A stretch of 64,000 nucleotides of DNA. Origin: Comamonadaceae bacterium (GTDB taxonomy: Bacteria; Pseudomonadota; Gammaproteobacteria; Burkholderiales; Burkholderiaceae_C). Below, piece after piece: positions 23,279-32,716 of this stretch (position 1 is the first letter of the stretch; every line of letters begins with the position of its first letter). The notes beneath the pieces were generated by a model. That model saw only the letters and a program-made list of their open reading frames with translations, ran no database searches and was not told the DNA's origin. Location of the stretch: contig JBAXBQ010000003.1 of NCBI GenBank assembly GCA_037141865.1, positions 21,072 to 85,071 on the forward strand, in the 5' to 3' direction. A program made the position numbers and the translations under genes.

Positions 23279-24775
23279 CTAAACAGCAACCCCTAAATAG
23301 CGGTCTTCCAAATGGCTGCGGAAGTGCCGTGGGTTGAGGACCTCGCCGGTGGCGCGTCGCACCAACTCCTTGGTTTCCCATTGGCTGGCTTGACTCCAGA
23401 CGTGACTATTCAGCCAGTCAAAGATCGGGGACAGATCACCCTGTGCCACCGCGGCGTCGAGATTCGTGTGCAGGCTGCGCATCGATGCAAAATACTGGGC
23501 CGCGTACATGGCACCCAGTGTGTAGCTGGGGAAATAGCCAAAACTTCCGCCTGGCCAGTGGATGTCCTGCAGGCAGCCGTTCTGAAAATCGTGCCGGGTA
23601 TCGATAGCAAGGTAGGCCATCATTTTTTGGTCCCACAGCGCGGGGATGTCTTCGGCTTCGATGTCGCCGTCCATCAAGGCACGTTCAATCTCGTAGCGAA
23701 GAATGACGTGCGCCGGATACGTTAGTTCATCTGCGTCGACGCGAATCAAGCCTGGTTTGACGCGCGTATAGATGCGTGCCAGGTTGGCCGAATCAAAGGC
23801 CTCCTGGTCGCCAAGGTGTTTCTTTACCAAGGGCGAAATCAGCGTTAGAAATGCCGGGCTGCGACCCAATTGCATCTCGAACGACAGACTTTGACTTTCG
23901 TGAATGCCCATCGAGCGGGCTCGTCCCACGGGCAAGTGAACAGTGTCGCGTGGCAGGTTTTGTTCGTAGCGCGCGTGGCCGGTTTCATGAACAATGCCCA
24001 TCATGCTACGCATGAAATCGTCTTCGCTGTAGCGTGTGGTAATCCGAACGTCTTCGGCCACGCCGCCGCAAAACGGGTGGGTTGAAACATCCAGTCGGCC
24101 AGCGGAAAAATCAAAGCCCAAAAGGCCCATGATGTCAAGACCGAGTGCACGCTGTCTATCAATCGGAAACGGCCCTTGTGCCGCAACAACTGTTTCGTCA
24201 GCCTGTTTGTCACGCACCTTGCCAATCAACGCCGGCAGCCAAGTCTTCAGATCGCCAAAAATGACATCAATGTCGGTGCTCAGAGATCCTGGCTCGTACT
24301 TGTCCATCAGCGCGTCGTAGGGGCTGAGACCCCTGGCCTGTGACAGGGTGTGCGCCTCTTCACGTGACAATTTGACAACTTCAGTGAAGTTTTCCAGGAA
24401 ACCCCGCCAGTCGTTTTCCTTGCGTTGGGTGCGCCAGGCATGTTCACAGCGGGAGCCAGCCAGACTTTTTGCTTCAATCAGGCGCGCCGACAACAAGCTG
24501 GCTTGCTCCCAGTCGCGTCGCATCTCACGCAGGTTAGCACGCTGGGCCGCCTCGATGGGCTCCGTGTTTGCCGTCGCCATCAGACCGGTCAAGGATTCGT
24601 CGGTCAGCGTCTGATGAATCAATACATCGAGTTCAGCCAGCGCGGCACCGCGAGCGTGATTGCCTCTGGCAGGCATCTTGGCGGCCTGATCCCAGCCAGC
24701 GATAGCGCCCAGATGTTGATAACGGTAAAGACGGGTGAAGGCATTTTCCAACGCGCCATAAGCCGGAAGATTCAT
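23279..24775 (-). CDS. M32-family carboxypeptidase (Taq-type metallocarboxypeptidase)
   Basis: HETGHARYEQ (HExxH), HPF and IRVDADELTY motifs. ATG at 24775 preferred over the TTG at 24793. Confidence 0.88.
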   Translation of the reverse strand: MNLPAYGALENAFTRLYRYQHLGAIAGWDQAAKMPARGNHARGAALAELDVLIHQTLTDESLTGLMATANTEPIEAAQRANLREMRRDWEQASLLSARLIEAKSLAGSRCEHAWRTQRKENDWRGFLENFTEVVKLSREEAHTLSQARGLSPYDALMDKYEPGSLSTDIDVIFGDLKTWLPALIGKVRDKQADETVVAAQGPFPIDRQRALGLDIMGLLGFDFSAGRLDVSTHPFCGGVAEDVRITTRYSEDDFMRSMMGIVHETGHARYEQNLPRDTVHLPVGRARSMGIHESQSLSFEMQLGRSPAFLTLISPLVKKHLGDQEAFDSANLARIYTRVKPGLIRVDADELTYPAHVILRYEIERALMDGDIEAEDIPALWDQKMMAYLAIDTRHDFQNGCLQDIHWPGGSFGYFPSYTLGAMYAAQYFASMRSLHTNLDAAVAQGDLSPIFDWLNSHVWSQASQWETKELVRRATGEVLNPRHFRSHLEDRYLGVAV

Positions 24776-24890
24776 GTGCAAGATTTCAGTCAATATTAAA
24801 AAGAGCGACCAATGCCATCATTGTCACACTGCCGACAAAAAACCGGTGCTCGGTACAATCCCGGCCATTCTGAACGAAGGGTAAACATTC

Positions 24891-25739
24891 ATGTCTGATC
24901 GCCTTGCAGTGTTGCCGCAATATCTGTTGCCCAAGCGAGCCCTGACGTTGTTGGCCGGACGGATTGCAGGAGCCCATGCCGGAAGGTTGACGACATGGCT
25001 GATCAAGTCGTTTGTCAGGCGCTATGGTGTCAACATGGCGGAGGCGGCCAATTCCGATCCACACAGTTATTCCACTTTCAATGAGTTTTTTTCACGTGCC
25101 CTGAAAGCTGGCGCCAGGCCAACAGTCAGTGCCGATCTGACGTGTCCGGTCGATGGCGCCATCAGTCAGTTTGGAGAAATCGTTGAGAATCAGATCTTTC
25201 AGGCCAAAGGGCATCATTTCTCATGTGCCGCGCTGGTGGGTGGTGATGTCGACCTGGCCGCGCAATTTGAGGGTGGCAGTTTTGCCACTCTGTACTTGAG
25301 CCCAAAAGACTATCACCGGATTCACATGCCGTGCGATGGCCGACTACAGCGCATGATTTATGTTCCCGGCGAGCTGTTTTCTGTCAACCCGACGACGGCC
25401 CGCGCTGTGCCGGGACTGTTCGCTCGCAACGAACGTGTGGTCTGTGTCTTTGAGTCGGAGCGTGGGCCGTTTGTGATGACCCTGGTGGGTGCCACCATCG
25501 TCGGAAGCATGGCGACGGTCTGGCACGGAGTGGTGAGCCCGCCGCGCGGCAAAAAGGTGCGCGAGTGGCGTTATGACGATCAGTCGGTTGTGTTGCCGCA
25601 AGGCCAGGAAATGGGGCGTTTTTTGTTGGGTTCAACGGTGGTGATGCTGTTTCCCAAAGGTTTGCTGCGGTTCAACCCGACCTGGGCGCCAGAACGCGCG
25701 ATCCGTTTGGGCGAAGTTATGGCCAATCGGTTTGCATAG
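24891..25739 (+). CDS. psd: phosphatidylserine decarboxylase proenzyme
   Basis: 282 aa with the LGST self-cleavage motif (FLLGSTVVMLF). Confidence 0.92.
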   Translation: MSDRLAVLPQYLLPKRALTLLAGRIAGAHAGRLTTWLIKSFVRRYGVNMAEAANSDPHSYSTFNEFFSRALKAGARPTVSADLTCPVDGAISQFGEIVENQIFQAKGHHFSCAALVGGDVDLAAQFEGGSFATLYLSPKDYHRIHMPCDGRLQRMIYVPGELFSVNPTTARAVPGLFARNERVVCVFESERGPFVMTLVGATIVGSMATVWHGVVSPPRGKKVREWRYDDQSVVLPQGQEMGRFLLGSTVVMLFPKGLLRFNPTWAPERAIRLGEVMANRFA

Positions 25740-25766
25740 TCCTTCCCCGACTGCCACAATGTCCTT

Positions 25767-26552
25767 ATGACCTACGAACATCTGCTGGTTTCATCGAATG
25801 GCCCGATTGCCACGATCACCTTGAATCGTCCTGAAAAACGCAACGCGCTGGCCATGAATGTCATGCTGGAGCTAACGCTGGCCCTGCGCGAGGTGGCGCG
25901 CAGTGAAGCGCTGGGAGTGATTCTGGCGGCCAACGGCCCGGTCTTCAGCGCCGGTCATAACTTTGCCGACATGGCCGGTGCCACACTGGAACAGGCACGA
26001 GAACTTTTCAGTGTTTGCACGCAGATGATGGACGCCATTCAGTCCATGCCGCAACCTGTGATTGCCAAGGTGCACGCGCTGGCCACAGCGGCCGGATGCC
26101 AGTTGGTGGCAAGCTGCGATCTGGCGGTGGCTTCTAACACCGCCTCGTTCGCTATTCCGGGCGGTAAGGCGGGTCTCTTCTGTCATACGCCACTGGTGGC
26201 TGTTGCGCGCAGTATCGGTCGCAAGCGGGCGCTGGAAATGGCGTTAACGGGTGACGCAATTGACGCTGCCACCGCCGCCGAATGGGGCTTGATAAACAAG
26301 TCCGTGCCAGCCGACCAGCTCGACGCGGCAACGCTTGATCTGATCAGCCGGGCGACTCGTGGCAGCGCGTTGTCCAAGGCGATGGGAAAACAAGGCTTTT
26401 ACCAGCAGGTCGACATGAAGCAGGAGCAGGCTTACCAGTTCGCCGCCGAGTTGATGGCAAGCGCGGCCATGACGCCGGACGCCCAGGAAGGCATCAACGC
26501 CTTTCTGGAGAAACGCCGTGCGAAGTACGCGCAACGGCAGTCAACTACTTGA
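25767..26552 (+). CDS. enoyl-CoA hydratase/isomerase family protein
   Basis: 261 aa crotonase fold (ITLNRPEKRNAL, SAGHNF..., ATAAGCQLVASCDLAVA). Confidence 0.88.
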   Translation: MTYEHLLVSSNGPIATITLNRPEKRNALAMNVMLELTLALREVARSEALGVILAANGPVFSAGHNFADMAGATLEQARELFSVCTQMMDAIQSMPQPVIAKVHALATAAGCQLVASCDLAVASNTASFAIPGGKAGLFCHTPLVAVARSIGRKRALEMALTGDAIDAATAAEWGLINKSVPADQLDAATLDLISRATRGSALSKAMGKQGFYQQVDMKQEQAYQFAAELMASAAMTPDAQEGINAFLEKRRAKYAQRQSTT

Positions 26553-27393
26553 AAATCACCGTTTTGTGGCCGTTGATCAGCACGCGGTGTTCGCTGTGCC
26601 ATTTCACAGCCCGGGCCAGCACCTGACTCTCGGTGTCACGGCCCAATGCCGTCAGGTCTTCCACTGATTTGCTGTGGTCCACGCGTGCCACGTCCTGTTC
26701 GATGATGGGGCCTTCGTCCAGTTCAGCGGTCACGTAGTGGGCGGTGGCACCAATTAGTTTTACACCCCGATCATGTGCCTGGTAGTAGGGCTTGGCCCCT
26801 TTGAAGCTGGGCAGGAAGGAGTGGTGGATATTGATGGCGCGCCCGGAAAGTTTGCGGCACATATCGTCACTCAATACCTGCATATAGCGGGCCAGCACCA
26901 CCAGTTCAGCATCTTCTGATTGAATGATTTCGTATTGTTTGGCTTCGACCTGAGCCTTGCTGGCCGCGCTCACAACGAAGTGATGAAAAGGCACGTTGTA
27001 GCTGGCAGCAAGTTGGTAGAACTCGCGGTGGTTGGAGACAATGGCGCGAATATCCAGCGGCAACAGACCGCTTTTCCAGCGAAACAGCAAGTCGTTAAGG
27101 CAATGGCCTTCTTTACTGACCATGATGACAGTTCGCATCGGCTGTGCTCGCGCGTGCAAGTGCCATTGCATGCCAAATGGTTGTGCCAAGACGCTCAATT
27201 GTTCATTCAAAATATCCTGTGTCACTGCCGCACAAGCAAACTGCACCCGCATGAAAAACAGGCCGGTATCGACGTCGTTGTACTGGGCCGCTTCCTCGAT
27301 GTTGCCGCCACGCTCCAGTAAAAACCCCGACACCGCGTGTACCAACCCCAGGCGGTCCGGGCAGGACAGCGTCAAGATGTAAGTAGCGTTCAT
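26545..27393 (-). CDS. purU: formyltetrahydrofolate deformylase
   Basis: ACT domain N-terminus (ILTLSCPDRLGLVHAVSGFL) plus formyltransferase core (INIHHSFLPSFKGAKPY). Confidence 0.93.
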   Translation of the reverse strand: MNATYILTLSCPDRLGLVHAVSGFLLERGGNIEEAAQYNDVDTGLFFMRVQFACAAVTQDILNEQLSVLAQPFGMQWHLHARAQPMRTVIMVSKEGHCLNDLLFRWKSGLLPLDIRAIVSNHREFYQLAASYNVPFHHFVVSAASKAQVEAKQYEIIQSEDAELVVLARYMQVLSDDMCRKLSGRAINIHHSFLPSFKGAKPYYQAHDRGVKLIGATAHYVTAELDEGPIIEQDVARVDHSKSVEDLTALGRDTESQVLARAVKWHSEHRVLINGHKTVIFK

Positions 27394-27456
27394 AGAGTAG
27401 GGTGTGAATTGTGGCAGGCCAGGGACCGATCTGACCTCAATAGCGGCGCGGCAGAG

Positions 27457-28311
27457 TCAGGGCATATTTGCCGGCGCTGACGCCGCCGCCTTGCTTCGAC
27501 TGGCAGCGAAGTTGGCGCAGTGGTCAACCACGGGTGCTGGTCTGGCCGACCAGAACAGGTCAAATTCCGCAGTGTTTTTTGTCGCGTCAGAGTCTTCTTC
27601 AGCGTGCAACAACACGGCTTTGACTTTAAATTGTTGCGGCAGGTGCAGCGGTATGCCCAGTGTGCGATCGGCATGGCCACTGCCGGTCAACAACAACACA
27701 GCTTTTCCAGGTCGGGCGGCCTGCAGCAGGGTCTGGGCCATGGCTATATCGCGCGCAATCTGGACGCGCGTCATTGGTGAAATCTGGCTTTCCGGCAACA
27801 GCTCGCAGTGGCCCAATCGAACACTTTGTTGTTGGGCCTTGAGGGCCGGTCCTGGAAGAAGTGTGTCGAGTCGGGAATCTGCCATCGCCTCTCGCTGTCG
27901 ATCTCTGGGCAGGTTGGCGCCAATGACGGGTACTCCGGCGCGCACCGCAGCGATCACGGCCGGACCGTAATTGACCCAGGGCCAACCTTCATTATTCCAC
28001 TGCAACGCGGCTCGGACCTGTTGCTCGCTGGCATGGCTGTCAAGCTTTTCAGTTGACTGGCCTTGGCTGACCATTTCCAGTGCAAGGGCGGCTAAAGCGT
28101 GCTGGTCTGCCAGAGCCTGCACCACGTCGCGATGAATGCGTTGGTGATCCGGCGCATCGTGCTGCTCTCCCAACAGGATCGCGTCGGCTGATAGCAGCTG
28201 CTTGATCTCAATCGGGTCGGGATGGCTGCTTTGGGCGACGGCGGTACATCCGAACAAGCAGACTGCCACCATTACGGTCCAAAGTGACCTGGCGATCATC
28301 AATAATTCCAT
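27457..28311 (-). CDS. ChaN-family lipoprotein (Tiki/TraB/ChaN superfamily)
   Basis: Lipobox LFGC, GEQHD motif, about 284 aa. Confidence 0.7.
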   Translation of the reverse strand: MELLMIARSLWTVMVAVCLFGCTAVAQSSHPDPIEIKQLLSADAILLGEQHDAPDHQRIHRDVVQALADQHALAALALEMVSQGQSTEKLDSHASEQQVRAALQWNNEGWPWVNYGPAVIAAVRAGVPVIGANLPRDRQREAMADSRLDTLLPGPALKAQQQSVRLGHCELLPESQISPMTRVQIARDIAMAQTLLQAARPGKAVLLLTGSGHADRTLGIPLHLPQQFKVKAVLLHAEEDSDATKNTAEFDLFWSARPAPVVDHCANFAASRSKAAASAPANMP

Positions 28312-28355
28312 TGTTTTGCCGAGAATTTGGTGCTGGATGCACCTTGCAAGCGATT

Positions 28356-28673
28356 TCAGTGAACAGCAATCGGGTTTTGCGCCAATTCGGCGTAGCGCTC
28401 CAGTGTGTCTTCAACTTCTTCCTGCGTTGGAGTATTTTGCTGCCATGCTGAAATGTGCAATTGAAACAGCTCGGCCCACGAGCCGTCCAGATAAACCTCT
28501 TTATTGGCGCGCTTGTCAACAATTTCAAATCCGTGGCGCGCCAGTGTCGGGACCGGGCGCACCAGTTTGGCGGGCTGGTCCTCCAGCAAGGACGCCGCGT
28601 CGCCCGCTGCCACATTGGCCAACATGTGCGTCACCGAGTAGGTATCCGAGTCGTAAAGCGTGTGCATGGTCAA
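28356..28673 (-). CDS. conserved hypothetical protein (DUF3567-like)
   Basis: 105 aa, acidic. N-terminus MHTLYDSDTYSVTHM resembles the small Burkholderiales-restricted family. Assigned from memory of the family, not a search. Confidence 0.55.
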   Translation of the reverse strand: MTMHTLYDSDTYSVTHMLANVAAGDAASLLEDQPAKLVRPVPTLARHGFEIVDKRANKEVYLDGSWAELFQLHISAWQQNTPTQEEVEDTLERYAELAQNPIAVH

Positions 28674-28722
28674 TTATCTCTCAATAGTCTCTGGCTTGCA
28701 GTTGGCACCGTGCTGATCAATT

Positions 28723-29808
28723 TCAAGGGTAGACTTGTTTGACGAACTGGGGTTCCGTGGACAGCCATTTCTGATCGACATAATCGCCGTTTTGCTCGGT
28801 GATTTTGATCCTCGCTGGAAGATAGCCCAGCGTCGGAGCCAGCCAAAGCTCCACTTTCTGATCGAACTCCTCGCGTGGGTTGCGTACAAGCTTCAAAGTA
28901 ATTTGATCGCCTCCTGGCAGCCTCAGTGACTCCTCACCTCTGACTGTGAATAACCAGACAGCGGCGTCGCGCGGGCCAATCGTCTGAGTCGCGATCAAGG
29001 TATCGGTTGGAAAGCGCCCCGGCGCGCCGGCCATCATGCTGGCCAATTGCACCAGAATACTCAAGCGGTCCTGCGCTCCGCTTAGCAAAGTCACGTCTGG
29101 AGTATTTGCGCTGAAAGTGACCTTGCCCTTCTCGCGGTTAAAGTGGGCCGCGACTTCGCTTCGGTATTTGTCGGAAAACCGCGTCGGAGCAAGGCCTTCC
29201 GGGGTGATTTGTCCGTGACTGGTTTGAACGCGGGACAGTCCGAAAGCACTGAGTTCCAGTCGGGCGTCGTAACTCTCAGCGTTTTTTTCCCACCGCAGTT
29301 CGGCGTTGAGTCGGTACGGGAATTTATTGGTTTCCACCTGGTACTTGATACGCACAGAGTCGGGTATCTTGACAGCGCCAACCGCGGCGCCCAGATCCCG
29401 CAGCGAACGAGTCTCGTTGATGGGGGGCTCGGCGCTGGCCGCTGGCTCATCCGGCCTCGCCTCGTCTGAAGCCACAATCTGGCCCAAGGCGGGCGAAGCC
29501 GGGTTGCCATTGTCAATGCGTTTGTGTGCGCCAATTGGCAACGAGCTTTCTGTGTTCGCCGGGTACGGTGACTTTTTCGTGCGCAAGGCGGCCAGGGATG
29601 GCCGCTCCGAACGTTGCGGCGATATTGCTGCAGCGACCGGGCTAATTTCAATGGAGCGCGTAGTGAACGCAGCGTACGGCTCGGGCGGGCTCAGGAGCAG
29701 GCGCAAGGGTGTCCCACGCAGCACCCAAATGTGCACAAGCAGCACGGCTGCGGTCAGGGCCAGCAGTACTTTAAATTCAATGGTGCGGGAAGGATCATCA
29801 GTGTTCAA
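28723..29808 (-). CDS. DUF3108-like protein with N-terminal TM anchor and Pro/Ala-rich linker
   Basis: 361 aa. TM segment LLALTAAVLLVHIWVL; the C-terminal roughly 230 aa is beta-rich (KIPDSVRIKYQVETNKFPYRLNAELRW). Confidence 0.6.
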   Translation of the reverse strand: MNTDDPSRTIEFKVLLALTAAVLLVHIWVLRGTPLRLLLSPPEPYAAFTTRSIEISPVAAAISPQRSERPSLAALRTKKSPYPANTESSLPIGAHKRIDNGNPASPALGQIVASDEARPDEPAASAEPPINETRSLRDLGAAVGAVKIPDSVRIKYQVETNKFPYRLNAELRWEKNAESYDARLELSAFGLSRVQTSHGQITPEGLAPTRFSDKYRSEVAAHFNREKGKVTFSANTPDVTLLSGAQDRLSILVQLASMMAGAPGRFPTDTLIATQTIGPRDAAVWLFTVRGEESLRLPGGDQITLKLVRNPREEFDQKVELWLAPTLGYLPARIKITEQNGDYVDQKWLSTEPQFVKQVYP

Positions 29809-29918
29809 ATTGAATGCTCACGGACGCTTTTTCCATGCCAACTAAAATTTCCCGGCTTTTGCCTGCTTAGGCAGTCCGACGGCTCATTATGTAATTCTGC
29901 CATTTCCCAACTATTGCC

Positions 29919-30941
29919 ATGAAACTTGCGACTTACAAAGACGGTTCGCGTGACGGCCAATTGGTCGTTGTCTCGCGCGACCTGACCAGTGCACATTATG
30001 CGACCGGGATTGCGAACAAATTGCAGCAGGTGTTGGACGACTGGAACTTCCTCTCACCGCAGTTGCAGGATTTGTACGACACGTTGAACCGAGCCGGCGC
30101 CCACACCGCTGGCGCCAGCAAGGGGCGTCACGCTTTCCCTTTCGACCCGCAACAATGCATGGCCCCGTTGCCCCGCGCCTACCAGCGGGTTGACGGTTCG
30201 GCCTACCTGAATGATGTGGCGTTGCTGCGCAACAGCGTTGCTCGGGAGCTGTCGAAGCACCATGCCGACGCGCCGCTGTTGTACCAGCGTGCCAGCGACG
30301 ACCTGCTGGGCGCCTATGACGATGTGGTGGTTGCCAGTGAGTCTTTGGGTATTGACTTTGTAGCGCAGCTGGCGGTGATCACCGGTGACGTGCGCCCCAA
30401 CGCCACCCCGGCGCAAGCGCTCGATGGCATTCGCCTGCTGATGCTGGCCAATGATATCGAGTTGCGCCATGGGGCCACCACGGAAATGACTGCCGCCGAC
30501 GGGTCCTTGCTGAGCCACAAGGCGACATCCTTCAGTCCGGTCGCGGTGACGCTGGATGAGCTGGGCGTGGCCTGGGATAAGGGTCGTTTGCATCTTGTTT
30601 TGCAGAGTAGCTGGAATGGCCGCAGCGTCGGCATGTGCGATGCTGGAATGCAGATGACTTTTCACTTTGGTCAGCTGATTGCGCAGCTCTGCCAGAGCCG
30701 CAAGGTGCGTGCCGGTAGCATCATCAGTTCAGGTGCTGTCAGCAGCAATGACAGGGACCAGGGCTACAGTTGTATCGCCGAGAAACGTGCCCTCGAGACC
30801 CGTGACGATGGTCATCCTGCCACCGAATTCATGAAATACGGCGACATCATCCGGATCGAAATGAAGGCTCTGGATGGCTTGAGCCTGTTCGGCGCCATTG
30901 AACAGCAAATCGTACCGCTCGAGCGCGCCAGAGCTGAGTGA
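29919..30941 (+). CDS. fumarylacetoacetate hydrolase family protein
   Basis: 340 aa, N-terminal MKLATYKDGSRDGQLVVVSRDL typical of the long FAH-family members. Confidence 0.8.
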   Translation: MKLATYKDGSRDGQLVVVSRDLTSAHYATGIANKLQQVLDDWNFLSPQLQDLYDTLNRAGAHTAGASKGRHAFPFDPQQCMAPLPRAYQRVDGSAYLNDVALLRNSVARELSKHHADAPLLYQRASDDLLGAYDDVVVASESLGIDFVAQLAVITGDVRPNATPAQALDGIRLLMLANDIELRHGATTEMTAADGSLLSHKATSFSPVAVTLDELGVAWDKGRLHLVLQSSWNGRSVGMCDAGMQMTFHFGQLIAQLCQSRKVRAGSIISSGAVSSNDRDQGYSCIAEKRALETRDDGHPATEFMKYGDIIRIEMKALDGLSLFGAIEQQIVPLERARAE

Positions 30942-30950
30942 CACCCATGC

Positions 30951-31553
30951 TTAAGCGCCTGCCAACTGGCCGGCAAAGGTTTTGACCCCGCGCAACATCA
31001 TTTCAATCGAAACGGCGACCAGCACCAGACCCATCAGGCGCTCCAGGGCGACCACGAAACGATCGCCTGCCACGCGCTGAATGCGCTCTGCCAGCACCAG
31101 CACGCAGGCACTCACCGCCATCGTGACACACAGCGCGGCAATCCACTCCATGCGGCGCTCTGGCGCCTGCGAAACCAGCAGCAGAACGGTCGCCAGCGCG
31201 GAGGGCCCGGCGATTGCAGGAATAGCCAATGGAACAATCAACGGTTCGCCCAGCACTTCAGGTGTTTCAGTATTTGGCGGCGGGAAAATCATGCGTAGCG
31301 CGATCAAAAACAAAATCACGCCGCCGCCAATCTGTAGCGACAGCTCACTCAAATTCATCACCCGCAAAAAGCCGTCGCCGATAAACATGAAGGTCAGCAG
31401 CAGCACAAAAGCAATCAAGACCTCCCGCAAAATCACCCAAGGCCGACGCTCTTGCGCCACATGTTTGAGCGCGTTGGCGAAGATCGGGATATTGCCGATC
31501 GGGTCGGTGATCAAAATCAGCAGGATGGTGGCCGAAATAAAGGTGTAATTCAT
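30951..31553 (-). CDS. MarC-family integral membrane protein
   Basis: 200 aa from the internal ATG (MNYTFISATILLILITDPIGNIPIFANAL). The track ORF to 31829 is a spurious extension. Confidence 0.85.
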   Translation of the reverse strand: MNYTFISATILLILITDPIGNIPIFANALKHVAQERRPWVILREVLIAFVLLLTFMFIGDGFLRVMNLSELSLQIGGGVILFLIALRMIFPPPNTETPEVLGEPLIVPLAIPAIAGPSALATVLLLVSQAPERRMEWIAALCVTMAVSACVLVLAERIQRVAGDRFVVALERLMGLVLVAVSIEMMLRGVKTFAGQLAGA

Positions 31554-32001
31554 GCCAGCAGGATAGCAGGCCTGTTGCGCTGTCAAATGACTCATGTCTT
31601 TGATGAAAGTCAGGCGGAATTGATCCGGAATGCACTGCTCTGGTCGACTCATGATCCAACTCATGCAATCGTTGTCGAACGTGGGTCGCCGGTCCCAAAC
31701 GCAAGAGAATGCGGGCTGTGGCAGGGGGTGATTTGCCGGCCGGCAACACGGTGGAACAGAAGTCCGGCAGTTATCACACCCTGTTGATGGACTTGAACGC
31801 GCCGTGGGCCAGGGACTCCAGTGTGGCACTTCAGGTTGCAGCAGCTGCCGTTGTCCGGGAAATGAAGAAGGGTGTCAAAGCAGCCATGGATGGCCATAAA
31901 AACTGATCAATTGCGTCAGAATTTGTACAAACGGGGGCCCGCATTGGGGTAAGCTGTCATCAGTTCAAAGTCGACTGGCCGCAACAATATTTGGAGACAA
32001 C

Positions 32002-32694
32002 ATGAGTGATTCACAAAACGCTGGTTTCGGAAAATTTGTCCCTGGTTTTGACTTCCTCCAGAATCTGGCCAAGGGGGCGTCACAGAATATTCCGCAAATG
32101 CCCAATCTGGCCAATTGGATTGCGCCGACGCTCAATGTCGAAGAGCTGGAAAAGCGCATTGATGAACTCAAGACGGTGCATTTCTGGCTGGAGCAAAACT
32201 CCAAAGCACTAGGTGCCACAGTGCAGGCGCTGGAAGTGCAAAAAATGACCTTGGCCACGCTCAAAGGCATGAATTTCAACATCGGTGATATGGCCAATGC
32301 GCTCAAACTCAAGGCGGCCGATACGGTGTTCTCCGGCGTACAACGGGTCACTGACAAGGCAGCTGCTACGGCCCAGAGCATTTCTGAAGTAGCGGCTGAT
32401 GCGCAAGCGGTGGCCAAGAAGGTGGGCACTGCGGCCAAACCGGCCGCGGCGGCGGCAGTCGGTATGGTGGACCCGATGCAATTGTGGGGCGCGCTGACGC
32501 AGCAGTTTCAGCAAATCGCCGCCACCGCCATGAAAGATGTGGGTAAAAATACCGCCATCGATGTCACCAAAAATTTGGCCGCAGGCTTTGCCAAAGAAGC
32601 CGTAAAGGCGACAAAGAAAGCCGCTTCCAACGCCGTCAGGTCACGAGTTTCTACCAAAAAGGTGGTCAGGAAATCGAGCGCCCGAAGTAGCTGA
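32002..32694 (+). CDS. PhaM-like PHA-granule-associated regulatory protein (tentative)
   Basis: 230 aa. Coiled-coil segment ELEKRIDELKTVHFWLEQNSKALGATVQALEVQKMTLATLKG and a Lys/Ala-rich basic tail (KATKKAAS...STKKVVRKSSARSS), as in PhaM proteins. Recognised from memory only. Good SD (TGGAGA). Confidence 0.5.
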   Translation: MSDSQNAGFGKFVPGFDFLQNLAKGASQNIPQMPNLANWIAPTLNVEELEKRIDELKTVHFWLEQNSKALGATVQALEVQKMTLATLKGMNFNIGDMANALKLKAADTVFSGVQRVTDKAAATAQSISEVAADAQAVAKKVGTAAKPAAAAAVGMVDPMQLWGALTQQFQQIAATAMKDVGKNTAIDVTKNLAAGFAKEAVKATKKAASNAVRSRVSTKKVVRKSSARSS

Positions 32695-32716
32695 AGCAAA
32701 GTCGACGCCTACTGCC

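Noticed and set aside
31604-31768. RNase P RNA-like strings GAAAGTCAGGCGG (31604-31617) and ACAGAAGTCCGGCAGTTATC (31756 onwards).
   Set aside because: They are only about 150 nt apart. The rest of the universally conserved core and the 350-400 nt length are missing, so this is a coincidental resemblance.
31661-31906. Small ORFs in the marC/PhaM-like spacer (65 aa on the plus strand, 78 aa on the minus strand).
   Set aside because: They overlap each other on opposite strands, have no SD, and their composition is not protein-like.
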